Below, one piece after another: positions 19,614 to 29,818 of a stretch of DNA of 64,000 nucleotides. Source of the DNA: an uncultured Spirochaetota bacterium (GTDB lineage: Bacteria > Spirochaetota > Spirochaetia > SZUA-6 > Fen-1364); the NCBI GenBank assembly GCA_963734545.1, contig CAVTHO010000010.1, positions 1 to 64,000 of the forward strand, read 5' to 3'. Under the pieces are notes generated by a model, which did no database searches, was not told the origin of the DNA, and saw only the letters and a list, made by a program, of their open reading frames with translations. A program made the translations under genes and the position numbers. Every line of letters begins with the position of its first letter. Position 1 is the stretch's first letter.

Positions 19614-20786
19614 TCATTGCGCCACCTCCATGCCCTCCTGCAGGGTCCCCACGTTGGTGACCGCAACCATTTCTCCCGATGCGAGCCCGGAAAGGACCTG
19701 GACTTCGCCGCCGTTCCTCATGCCGAGAGTCACGGGCTTCTGATGGACCTTGCCGCCGGACACGACGAAGACGAATGACTGACCATCTTCCCCTCCGCTC
19801 ACCGCCGCGAGCGGGGCGATGATTCCCTGACTCCCCGTAAGGGTGAATGAGGCCTTGGCCGTCATGCCGGCAAGGAGCCTGCCATCATTTGCGAGATTCA
19901 CGACAACGGGAAAATACTGCCCCGTCGCGGCTGCAATGGGGCCCACCTGCACGATCCGTCCCGCGTATTCTTTCCCCGGTATGGCATCGACGGACACCTT
20001 TACTTTGTCGCCCACGGAGAGATGCACCACGTCTTCCTGCGAGACATTGCCCTGCAGCTTCAGCGTGGCGGTGTCCGCGACGGACAGCAGGGGCGTGTTC
20101 ACGGAGGTGATCTCTCCCGGGTTGATATTGCGATTCGTCACAATGCCATTGATCGGGCTGGTGATGGTGCTGTTGGAGATCTGCACCCGGATGAAGTTCG
20201 CCTGTGCCTCGGCCTGGGCGACTCCCGAGCCGCTCACTGTCTGGTATTGCCGGCTCGCGTTGTCGGAGGCCGACTTCGCCAGATCCAGCTTCGTCTGCGC
20301 GTCATCGAGCTGACTCTGGGTGACCACCTTTGTGTCAAGAAGCGTCTTGGTCCTGTCATAGGCGCGCTGGGCCATCTCGAGATTCAGCCGCGCCGTCTCC
20401 ATCCCGATCCTGGCCTGGGCTGCCTGATCGGACACGCCGGCGCCCTGGGCCTCCGCGACCTTCAGCTGGGCATTGAGCTCCTTGGTGTCGATCTGCACAA
20501 GAAGCTGTCCTGCCTTGACCCGGGTGCCCACGTCGCCGGCTACCGTGGTGGCCTGGCCGGCGATTTTCGCGAAAATATTGACCGTTCTGTTGGGGACGAG
20601 TACTCCCGAGAATTCCACTTTCCTGACGATGCTGCCGGCGCGGGCGGTCCCCGTCTTCACCGTCACGCGCGCGGCCGTCTGCGGCCCGCACGCAGCGAGA
20701 CCCGCGGACAGTGCCGCGACAATTACCAATGCCCACGGGCGAAACCCCCGATTTTTCACGCATTCGCTCCTTTGCTCAGTTGACAT
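19614..20786 (-). CDS. Efflux periplasmic adaptor subunit (RND/MFP type), lipoprotein
   Basis: LAAC lipobox; VGTRVKAGQLL, ITSPINGIV, GMTAK. Confidence 0.9.
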   Translation of the reverse strand: MSTEQRSECVKNRGFRPWALVIVAALSAGLAACGPQTAARVTVKTGTARAGSIVRKVEFSGVLVPNRTVNIFAKIAGQATTVAGDVGTRVKAGQLLVQIDTKELNAQLKVAEAQGAGVSDQAAQARIGMETARLNLEMAQRAYDRTKTLLDTKVVTQSQLDDAQTKLDLAKSASDNASRQYQTVSGSGVAQAEAQANFIRVQISNSTITSPINGIVTNRNINPGEITSVNTPLLSVADTATLKLQGNVSQEDVVHLSVGDKVKVSVDAIPGKEYAGRIVQVGPIAAATGQYFPVVVNLANDGRLLAGMTAKASFTLTGSQGIIAPLAAVSGGEDGQSFVFVVSGGKVHQKPVTLGMRNGGEVQVLSGLASGEMVAVTNVGTLQEGMEVAQ

Positions 20787-21471
20787 GTATCTTGATGGAC
20801 GCGTTCATGCCGATCATGAACCGCGAATCGCCCTGGTCGATGACGTTCACCTTGATGGGTATGACCTGGATGACCTTCGTATAGTTGCCGCTGCCGCTCT
20901 GCGCGGGCAGCAGCGAAAAGGTCGATGACGTGGCGCGCCCGATGGTCTCCACCCTCCCGTGGAATCGCTTTCCACGAAAGGCATCGATCGCCACGTCGAC
21001 GGACTGGCCGGTCCTGACCCGGGCGATGTCGCCTTCCTTGATGTTGGCACTGATGTACAGCCCATCCGTGTCCGCAATCACGGCGAGAGACATGCCGGGC
21101 GCGGCCATCTCTCCCACGACGGCCGTGGAAAGAATGACCTGCCCTGCTATCGGGGCCTTGAGAACCGCTTTTTCAGCCACGACTCCGGCAACTGAGCCCA
21201 TGGTCTGGGGATTCAGGGCGCCCGAGGTCAGTGCGGAGCCGAGGTCCTGTCGGCCGAGAATATCGTCTTTCTGGACAGTGTCCCCTTCCTTCACGCGCCA
21301 CTCCACTACTTTTCCCAGGATTTCCGGGCTCACCGCGACGACATTCGAGGCGATACGGGCGTCGTCGGTGGCCACGTACCGGGATCCCTGGTACCAGTAG
21401 TACCCGACGATGCCGACAGTGACGGCGGCGGCGACTGCGATAACAAGAATAATGACAGTTTTCCGTGACAT
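20776..21471 (-). CDS. Short HlyD/EmrA-family adaptor lacking the alpha-hairpin
   Basis: YVATDDA, FSLLPAQSGSGNYTKVIQVIPIK, GMNA. Confidence 0.85.
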   Translation of the reverse strand: MSRKTVIILVIAVAAAVTVGIVGYYWYQGSRYVATDDARIASNVVAVSPEILGKVVEWRVKEGDTVQKDDILGRQDLGSALTSGALNPQTMGSVAGVVAEKAVLKAPIAGQVILSTAVVGEMAAPGMSLAVIADTDGLYISANIKEGDIARVRTGQSVDVAIDAFRGKRFHGRVETIGRATSSTFSLLPAQSGSGNYTKVIQVIPIKVNVIDQGDSRFMIGMNASIKIHVN

Positions 21472-21540
21472 CTCATCAACCTCTCTGCGAACAGAATTGT
21501 GTTGTTGCGCCTCCCCGCGACGCGGAGGGCGGCGCGCCTG

Positions 21541-23160
21541 CTACTCGGCCATTCCCGCTCCACGCGCTTTGCCGATGGCTGCCTTCTTGAGGAAAAGAGC
21601 GGGCACAAGGGCGATCAAGGTGAGTGCCGCGGTAACGATGAAGACGTCATCAATGGCATTCACGAAGGACGATTTCGCTACCATACCCTGCATGTAGGCA
21701 AGCGCGACGCTTTTTCCTCGTGCCCCGCCGCCCATGGCTGCTCCTGCCCGCGCAATCATGTTTACGACGGTCGGGTTGGCCGCATTCAGCCCCCAGGACA
21801 GATGCGCGCCATGGAAGGCCTGTCGCGTTGTCAGCATCGAGGTCAGCACGGCAATGCCGAACGAGCTGGATACCCTGCTCACGATATTCGTGATGGCGGA
21901 CGCCCGGCCGATCAGCTCATTCGGGATGTCCGCCATGGCAGCCGTCTGGGCGGGCATCATGGCCAGGGGCATCGTCATGCCCCGGATCATCGTCCATACC
22001 ATGACGGTCGTGGTGGCGGTTGCAAGATTCAGGTTACGGAAGAGAAATGTGATGAACGCGAGAAGAAGGAGCCCGACAAGAACCAGGGGCCGCGGGCCCA
22101 CCTTGTCGAAGAGCCTGCCAATCAACGGCATCATCAGGCCGGAGACGAGAGCGCCCGGCAGCATGAGAAGCCCGGTCTCCATGGCGCCGATGCCGCGGAT
22201 GTTCTGCAGGAACAGGGGCAGGAAAAAAAGACCGGAGAACAACCCGATCGTCGTAACAACGATGGTCAGATTCGCCAGGGTGAAGCTCGCGTATTTGAAC
22301 GCGCGCAGGTCCAGAAGCGGGTTCTCCGAGGTCAGCTCGAGGTAGATGAAGAGGACGAAAGAGAAAAAGCTCACAACGAAAAGCATGACCGTCTTCTCGT
22401 CACCCCACCCCCACGCGGATCCTTTGCTCAGCGCGAGAAGCAGGCAGAAAAGCGCGGCTGCGGACGTGACGGCCCCCGCATAGTCGAGCTTGCCCGGATG
22501 TTTGGACTGGAATTCGGGCAGCATGAAGTACGCAAGGAACATGCCGATCACGCCGATGGGCAGGTTGATCGTGAAGATCCAGCGCCAGTCGACATACTCG
22601 ACAAGGTATCCGCCGAGGGTCGGCCCGATGGCGGGCGCCACGAGCAGTGCGATACCGAAGATACCCATGCCCGCGCCAATCTTGTCCCGCGGCACCATGC
22701 GGTAGATCATTGCCATCGTGGTCGGCATGATCATTCCGCCCCCTATCGCCTGGACCACCCGGGCCACGATCAGAGAGTTGAGGTCCCACGCAAAGGTGCA
22801 GAGGAGCGAGCCGGCCACAAACGCACCCATGGAAAGGATGTAGAGCCTCTTGAAGCCCAGACGGTCCCCCAGCCAGCCGGAAAGCGGCGTAACGACTCCC
22901 AGCGCAAGCAGGTAAATCGTAGAGACCCACTGGATGGAATCCGGGCCCGTGTTGAAAACATTCATCATGGTCGGTATGGCCACGTTGACGATGCTCCCGT
23001 CCAGAATGGCCATGAATGCGCCTATGAGCGCCACGAGCACCGGTCCGAGCCAGTGATACCCGCTCTGCCCGGCTTCCCCGGCGCCCGCGATCCCGCCGGG
23101 CATCACGGCGGGAGCCGTCGGAGCGGAAGGCGCGGCCGCGACCGTCCCCTTCTTTCTCAT
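21541..23160 (-). CDS. emrB: DHA2 family MFS efflux permease (EmrB/QacA)
   Basis: FMAILDGSIVNVAIP, GWLGDRLG, PAIGPTLGG, WRWIFTINLPIG. Confidence 0.9.
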   Translation of the reverse strand: MRKKGTVAAAPSAPTAPAVMPGGIAGAGEAGQSGYHWLGPVLVALIGAFMAILDGSIVNVAIPTMMNVFNTGPDSIQWVSTIYLLALGVVTPLSGWLGDRLGFKRLYILSMGAFVAGSLLCTFAWDLNSLIVARVVQAIGGGMIMPTTMAMIYRMVPRDKIGAGMGIFGIALLVAPAIGPTLGGYLVEYVDWRWIFTINLPIGVIGMFLAYFMLPEFQSKHPGKLDYAGAVTSAAALFCLLLALSKGSAWGWGDEKTVMLFVVSFFSFVLFIYLELTSENPLLDLRAFKYASFTLANLTIVVTTIGLFSGLFFLPLFLQNIRGIGAMETGLLMLPGALVSGLMMPLIGRLFDKVGPRPLVLVGLLLLAFITFLFRNLNLATATTTVMVWTMIRGMTMPLAMMPAQTAAMADIPNELIGRASAITNIVSRVSSSFGIAVLTSMLTTRQAFHGAHLSWGLNAANPTVVNMIARAGAAMGGGARGKSVALAYMQGMVAKSSFVNAIDDVFIVTAALTLIALVPALFLKKAAIGKARGAGMAE

Positions 23161-23591
23161 TCCTGCGTCTCCTCACGCTCCAGGCAGTTGAAAACCGCGG
23201 TGAGATCTGCCGTCAGTCTCTCGATCAGGTCCGGCGGAAGCTGGCGGAAGACCTTCACCATGCTTTTCTCGCTCGCCTGCGTCACGTGGCGGATAAGCTG
23301 ACGGAGCTTCGGGGTGCCCTTCATCACCACGGCCCTCCTGTCCTCGGGGTCCGACTCGCGCTCGAGCCACCCCCCTGCGGTCAGCCGGTCCAGGATGCCC
23401 GTGAGCGTGCTGGGGGGAACGCCGATCTCCCCCCCAAGCTCCAGCACCCTGCAGCTGCCCTTGCGGTGCATCTTCCACGCAACAAGGAACTCCGCGGCGG
23501 AAAGGCCTTCCCGCTGCGCAAAGGGCGCAAGGCGCTTGAAGAGTTTCCTGTAGATCTCCGTGAAAAGCTCGATCAGTCTTATCTCGTTCAT
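23157..23591 (-). CDS. MarR family transcriptional regulator
   Basis: STLTGILDRL..GWLER..DPEDRR. Confidence 0.9.
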   Translation of the reverse strand: MNEIRLIELFTEIYRKLFKRLAPFAQREGLSAAEFLVAWKMHRKGSCRVLELGGEIGVPPSTLTGILDRLTAGGWLERESDPEDRRAVVMKGTPKLRQLIRHVTQASEKSMVKVFRQLPPDLIERLTADLTAVFNCLEREETQE

Positions 23592-23603
23592 CCATCTGCC
23601 TTG

Positions 23604-23630
23604 TACGAATACGAAATATTCGTATCCGTA
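23604..23630. promoter_or_regulatory. Probable MarR operator
   Basis: TACGAATACGAA-ATA-TTCGTATCCGTA, 12-bp arms with one mismatch, between promoter and marR start. Confidence 0.75.
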
Positions 23631-23639
23631 GTATTCGAG

Positions 23640-23668
23640 AAAATAATGATTCTTCGCCGTACCGTCAA
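23640..23668 (-). promoter_or_regulatory. sigma70 promoter of the marR-emrB-tolC operon
   Basis: Minus strand TTGACG-N17-TATTTT. Confidence 0.5.
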
Positions 23669-23737
23669 GCGTGGAGAGAGCGCGGCCGGGGAGGCTGCGC
23701 GCGGCTCATGGGGCTCTTGGCATTCCGCGTTCCCGGC

Positions 23738-26700
23738 TCACGCGGCGGTTGAGGCCCTCTTCCGGATACGTTCCCAGCGCGTGAGCATCTGCCGGGCCAC
23801 CGATGCGAAGGTTGTCTGGCTCGCGGGGGAGGATGCCGACGCCCGGGCGAGCGCGGAGAAGCATTTCTCGAGCGCTTCCCAGCTTTCCTTATCCAGCGAC
23901 ACCGAGCCGCTGGCCCGCGTTGCAGGGCGGGAAGCCGCGGGGGGAGCGGAACCGGCGCCTGCTCCGGGAGCGGGCCGGATCGCCCGGGCCTGCTTGAGCG
24001 GATCGAGCTCCGCGGACAGATCGAGGGTGATCTCGTAGGGCTCGAATACCCGGATCGGCTCGGCGATGTTCTTGACTGTAATACGTCCGATTTCCCGGGC
24101 AAGGATCGCGTCCTTGACCTTGTCATACACGCTGTCCGAGACGAGTATCGACCCCGGTCGGGCGGATGACTCCAGCCGCGAGGCGATATTGACGTCGTTG
24201 CCCAGCACGTCGCCGCCCGGTTTGCGTATCACCTTTCCGGCATGTATCCCGATGCGGATCACCACCCGGCTGTTCTCCTCTCGATAGCGATTGAACCGGA
24301 CCATGGATTTCTGCAGGCGGATGGCGGCGAGCACGGCGTCCAGCGGACGCCGAAAGACGATCATGTGCCCGTCGCCCATACGCTTGACGAGCTTCTCCCC
24401 TGTGATCATCCACGTGCGCGAGGAGCACTGCCTCGTACTCCTGGATCAGCGCGGAAAGCTGCAGGGGGGTGAGGAGCTGGGCCTTCTTGGAATACCCCTG
24501 AATGTCGGAGAAAAACATCACCAGCTCCTGGATATGCTCGCGTTCGAACTGAAAAGCGGTGCGCTCCGTGCGCAGGTCCACCACCGGCGTCTCGTCGCCG
24601 TCCTGTGGATCCTCTTCCATGGCGGCGCCCCGCATGTGGAGCGCCATGGCAAGCACACTTTCCCGCAGTGCAGGCTCCTCCGCGCCGAGAAGCAGCTCCC
24701 GCAGCGGCCCGTGCAGGGACGCACTCCCCTGGGTGAGGAGGCGCGAGAGGGCGGGAAGCAGCGGCGCGCGCAGCGTACCCCGCAGGGCGCGCAGCGTCCC
24801 GGGCCGTCTCCGCTTCGGTCCCTGCGGTGAGGGTGTCGCCGAGAACCTCGGGGGCGTAGTCGTCACCCAGTTTCCACAGGATGACCGCCGCCGCCCTGCG
24901 GCTGTGCGCATGCTTTCCGCGCAGGATGCGGAAAAGGAACTCCGCCATGCCCTCGCGATTGGTGACGAGGCCGCCGGAGACCCGGTGCTCCAGGATGGCG
25001 AGCGCCACGGCTTTCTGCGAATCACTGCCGCTTGCCGCCAGCTCCTTGAGGCTTTCGGAGATGTCCAGAAGCACCTTCTCTCCCAGGTAGGCTGCCGCGG
25101 AAGCGCGCACCTCCGACGTGGCGGAATCGGCCACCCGGGCAAGCAGGGCACGGGCAAGCTCCGCGCTGGCCGTGGGGGGCACCGCGCTGATCGTTTCGAT
25201 GGCATTCAGCGTCACATAGGTGTCGTCCAGCGAGGCGAGCAGTCGGGCGGCCGACGGCTCCAGAAGCTGAGGATCCAGCTCCTTCAGCAGGTGAAGCGAG
25301 GTGATGGCGAGCACCTTGCTGGCGAGCGGCAGCGCGAGGCATTCCCGGCACGCCGCGGTCGAGAATACCCTGTCGACCCGGGCCAGCGCGAGCAGCGCGG
25401 CCTCCGCGAGCCGGAACAGCTTCTCCTGCCGCGCCCAGGAGAAGATGCCCCTCATGGTGAGGGATGCCTGGCCGCCCGGCGCGGGCATGAGGAATACCGA
25501 TGCAATCCTGATGGCGCCGCAGACGCGAGAACACGAGCCCCTTTCCGGTTCTTGCCAGCGCAATCTCGCGCGCCACCAACGCGATGCCCGGCCCGCGGGG
25601 TTCTTGATGAGGTCTGCCAGGGCGGTATACCCGTCGAAATGCCGCACCTCCACCCGCGCGGCTGTGGCCTGAAGGGCCTTCAGCAGTTCCGGGGCTTCCG
25701 CCGCGCCCGCCCCTTTGAGCCAGCGGACGAGCGCGGCCTTGAACTCCTCGTCGCAGTAGTACTCCACGTATTCCTTCGCGCGGGTGATCAGCCAGCCCAG
25801 CTCATGCGTGTCGCTGGACACGTGCCTGCCTTCCGCGGCGAGCTGCTTGTACAGCTCTCCCACCCTGACGAGAGCGCGCACCCGGGCCTGCGGAGTGATT
25901 TCTCCGCGACTCCAGGCAGGAGCTGCAGACGCTGGAGGGCCTGCGTGACCTCGTCCTCCAACGCGGGGCTCGCTTCGACGAACCCGGCCATGCGGTCCAC
26001 GAGGTCCCCGGGAATCTCCGCGTGATGCGGCTCGGTGCCGATCGCGGCGTAGGCGGCGCGCCGGAGCTTCGAGCTCCGCGTCGGAGAGCGCAAGGGACAG
26101 CAGGGCGGCAGACTCGGGGAGCTGCTGCCGAGCGGCAAGCGTGACGAGCATAGCGCGGCCCCGGGGGGACAGGCGCGCATGAACAGGCGCGAAGGACGCG
26201 ACGGCGCGGGGGAGCAGCGCCGGGTTCTCCGACGCGGAGAGAAGGACCTGGTGCACTATTTCTTCACGGGTGTCCGTGAGGAGCTCCTTCAGGGCCGGCT
26301 GCGCGCCGATCCTGAGGAGCAGCCCTGCCGCATGCGCGCGCGCCGACGGGGACGCCATGTCTTCCCGTATCGTCTGCCGGAGGAGGTCGATCGTTTCGCT
26401 TGCCGCCGGGGCCGCTTCCGCCAATGCCTCGAGAATTTCCCGGCGCACGCTCTCGCCGCGCGCGGTCCTGACGAACTGCTCCAGCAGCGCGACGGCGCGG
26501 GGATGCCGAATCCTCCCGAGGGCGCGCGCCGCGCCGCGCCGTACTCCCTCTTCTCCGCTCGTGATCAGCCGCGCCAGAAAGGGGACGCTGCGCGGATCGG
26601 CGAGCGCGCCCACCGCCTCGAGCGCGGAAAACGCGACGGGCAGCCGGGGAGTCGAAGAGGTCGGCGTGCAGCCACTGCAGGCTCTTTTTCTGCCCATCGA

Positions 26701-26809
26701 AGGCGGCGAAGATCCTGTGCGTGGTGATCAGCGGCTCGACCTCCCGCAGCGGCATCTCAGGGACACGCGCGGGGACTGGCGGAGACTGGAGCGGGGATGC
26801 GGTTTCCAT
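23738..26809 (-). CDS. HEAT-repeat protein with C-terminal class III adenylate cyclase domain, frameshifted
   Basis: HEAT-like ALEAVGAL..VRRGAARALGRI; cyclase VMFFSDIQGYS, LVKRMGDGHM, IRIGIHAG, DVLGNDVNIASRLES, spread over several frames. Confidence 0.8.
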
Positions 26810-26822
26810 GTGAGCGCCCTGC

Positions 26823-27340
26823 CTATCGAACGGCGCCGGCGAGTGCCGGTTCCGCCGCGGTGGTGTCCAGCGAGCCCAGCGCCGCGCGCTCCTCCATCGT
26901 GAGGACCGCGTCCGCGTTCAGCAGGATGATGAGCGTGTCGTCGCGCTTGCCTATCCCGGCGATGAACTCCTGGGCGAATCCGCCGTGCACGGGCGGCGGC
27001 TCGATCTGGTCCTCGGGATGCGCACCACCTGGCTGGCGGAGTCCACCACCATGCCCACGAGCCGGCCTTCGACTTCCACCACGATCACCCGTGTCATCGC
27101 CGTGGCTTCCCGGGGCTCAAGGCCGAACTTGTCACGCAGATCGACTATGGGAATCACGTCTCCGCGCAGGTTGATGATGCCCTTCACGAATGAGGGCGCC
27201 TTGGGAAGCCAGGTCGTCTCGCGCACCCGGATGACCTCTTTCACCCGCAGGAGCTCCATGCCGTACTCCTCTTCCCCCACGGAAAAGCTGATGAACTGAC
27301 GCAGGTTTTCCGTTTCCTTCCGTACCTTCTTCGAATCCAT
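26823..27340 (-). CDS. cheW: Chemotaxis coupling protein CheW, one frameshift
   Basis: QFISFSVGEEEYG..VKEVIR, GIINLRGDVIPIVDLR; C-terminus FIAGIGK..LIILLNAD in a shifted frame. Confidence 0.9.
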
Positions 27341-28437
27341 GATCGTTCCTCCTCACGGCGGACTTCCCGCCGGTTCATTGCGTACCCCGCTCTTCCCTGG
27401 ACGAGCCAGGTCGAGGCGGGTGCCGCCAGAAACACCTTTGTGATTTCGGGATCGAATTGCGTTCCCGCGCGGCGCATCACCTCCTCCGCCACCGTGGAGA
27501 ATGGGAGCGCCGCGCGGTACGGCCTATCCGAGGTCATGGCATCCAGCGTGTCCATGATGGAGAATATGCGGGCATGCAGGGGGATGCGGGTGCCCCGCAG
27601 CCCGTGGGGATAGCCCGAGCCATCGAAGCGCTCGTGGTGCGAGAGCACCACGTCGGTTGTGTGCGCAAGGAACTCGATATTACGTATCATCGTGTATCCC
27701 ATGACCGGATGCTTCTCGACGATGAAGCGCTCCTCCCGCGTGAGCGGTCCCGGCTTCAAAAGGATGCTTTCGGGCATGCCGATCTTGCCGATGTCATGGA
27801 GGTAGGCCCCCCATTTCAGGTTCTTCAGCTCGAACGGGGAAAGGTCGAGCAGGGACCCGAGCCTCACGCAGTTCTGCGACACCCGCGCGCAGTGGTCCGC
27901 CGTCTCGCTGTCCTTGAGGCTGAGCGCGGCGCCCAGCGCGAGCACCGTCATGTCGTGCACCTCGTCGATCTGCCGCGAAGAGCGGGACAGTTCCTCTGTC
28001 TTCATCCGCACGAGGGTCTCCAGTGTCCGCGCCTGGGCGCGCAGGCGCGCGCGCGACTTCCATTCGTCGATCGCCTTGTCGACGCGCTGGAGAAAATGGC
28101 CGACCGTGAAGGGCTTCGTGATGAAATCGATGGCGCCGCGGCGTATCGCCTCGATGGCTGTCTGGATGTCGCTGCTTCCGGTCATGACGAGCACGAGGGG
28201 CGACTGCGGACCGTCGTCTCTGATGAGGGAAAGCCCGGACCCGTCGGGGAGGGCGACATCGATGAACAGGAGGTCGTAGTGCCCCCGCTCCAGGCGCTCT
28301 CGCGCCTCGGCAAGACTGGATACCGCGTCGCATGCCAGGTTCCGCACCTTCAACATTGCCACGACCAGCTCCTGTATCGCTGCCTGATCCTCGAGGACCA
28401 GTATCCGGGGCGGCCGCAAGAGATTATCGTTTTGCAT
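27241..28437 (-). CDS. Response regulator with HD-GYP phosphodiesterase domain
   Basis: REC (ILVLED, FIDVALP, KPF) + HDIGK and HHERFDGSGYP; 3' end uncertain because the ORF overlaps cheW. Confidence 0.9.
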   Translation of the reverse strand: MQNDNLLRPPRILVLEDQAAIQELVVAMLKVRNLACDAVSSLAEARERLERGHYDLLFIDVALPDGSGLSLIRDDGPQSPLVLVMTGSSDIQTAIEAIRRGAIDFITKPFTVGHFLQRVDKAIDEWKSRARLRAQARTLETLVRMKTEELSRSSRQIDEVHDMTVLALGAALSLKDSETADHCARVSQNCVRLGSLLDLSPFELKNLKWGAYLHDIGKIGMPESILLKPGPLTREERFIVEKHPVMGYTMIRNIEFLAHTTDVVLSHHERFDGSGYPHGLRGTRIPLHARIFSIMDTLDAMTSDRPYRAALPFSTVAEEVMRRAGTQFDPEITKVFLAAPASTWLVQGRAGYAMNRREVRREEERSWIRRRYGRKRKTCVSSSAFPWGKRSTAWSSCG

Positions 28438-29336
28438 GAGTCTCGTTCCGTTTCCATTGGAGTGTGGACGCATCCGCTCGTGAGTCTGCTCCGCGACCAC
28501 CCGATAGATCGGCGCATGGAACAGGGATGCGTACTGGAATACCTTGCTGAATCCACCGACCGATTCCGCGTGCCCGATGAAGAGATTACCGCCGCTTGCC
28601 CGCCAAATCCCGTCCACCAGTCTTTCCTGGGTGGCCTTGTCGAAATAGATCATCACGTTCCGGAGAAGATCACATCTATACCCTCACCGGGGGGGTGGTT
28701 ATTACGAGGTTAACGACCTTGAACTCACGCGCGCCCCCAGCTAGTCCCGCACCTGGTGCCGCCGTCTTCGGTCGGCCGGAAACACTGTTTCAACAGCTCG
28801 GGGGACACCAGCTTGAGCGACCGGTCGTGGTAGACGCCGCCCGGGCCCGGGTGATCACCGTTGTGCTGATGTCGGTGCCCACAATCTCCACGTCGCGCGC
28901 CCCGCAGGCCCTGGCGGCCCGGTCCGCCACGATTCGCAGCGTGTACGCTTCTTCACCCGTTGAGCAGCCCGCGCTCCAGATCCGCACCCGGTGTCCCGCG
29001 CGGAACAGCTCGGGAAGCACGTGTTCCTCGAGCGCCGTAAAATGGCTGCCCTCCCTGAAGAAGTACGTCTCGTTGGTGCTCACCGCGTCTATGAAGTGCC
29101 GCATCTCTGCCGGGGCATCTTCTCCGGAACGTCAGGAGCCCGTAGTAATCCTCGTAGCTTGCCAGATCCAGGTGGACGAGGCGCTTGCGCAGGCGGTTGG
29201 AAACGAGGATCTGTTTGCCGTCACGCATATTGATGCCGGTCTTCAGGTAGATCAGCTTCCGAAACCTGTCGAAGGTCTCCTGAGAAATGACGGGCATCAT
29301 GGCCGCAGGAACAAGTGTGCCGGGAGGCGCGCTCAT
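28438..29336 (-). CDS. cheR: Chemotaxis methyltransferase CheR, frameshifted
   Basis: STNETYFFRE, RIWSAGCSTGEEAY, GTDIS, RNVMIYFD, LFIGHAES. Confidence 0.85.
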
Positions 29337-29818
29337 TCAGTCACCCTTTTCCACGGGAGGGCTGTGAGCTTTTTCACCGACACCCGGCCCGTAGCATTGT
29401 CGTACACCACGGTGCGGCCCGACGTCCCGCCCGTGTCCTCGAACACGATGGGGATGCGGTTCTCCTGCAGAATTCGCCGCGAGGTTTCCACGTTCTGGTC
29501 CCCGATGGAGGCGAGCGTCGTGTCTCCCATCGGGAACATCTGCGCGCCGCCGACAAGCAGCGCCTGCAGAGAAGACTGCCTCCCGCCGATGCCTGCCAGA
29601 CGTCTCAGCAGCGCGGGGATGGCCGAGTCTGCATACTTGCCCGTCGAGGCGTCATCACGGAGGCGAGCGGGCAGCATGATGTGCGCGAGACCGCTCACTC
29701 CACGTTCGAGGTCCCGCAGGATGATGCCAACGCACGATCCGAGGATGGTCTTGAGCCCGCGCGCGTCGCTCACCACATCCATTCCGGCCATCTTCACGTT
29801 CACGATGTTCTCCGTCAT
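29333..29818 (-). CDS. cheD: Chemoreceptor glutamine deamidase CheD
   Basis: LGSCVG, LAHIMLP, KYAD, GGAQMF, EDTGG..GRT. Confidence 0.9.
   Translation of the reverse strand: MTENIVNVKMAGMDVVSDARGLKTILGSCVGIILRDLERGVSGLAHIMLPARLRDDASTGKYADSAIPALLRRLAGIGGRQSSLQALLVGGAQMFPMGDTTLASIGDQNVETSRRILQENRIPIVFEDTGGTSGRTVVYDNATGRVSVKKLTALPWKRVTE

Noticed and set aside
21499-23301. 600-aa plus-strand ORF
   Set aside because: Shadow of emrB
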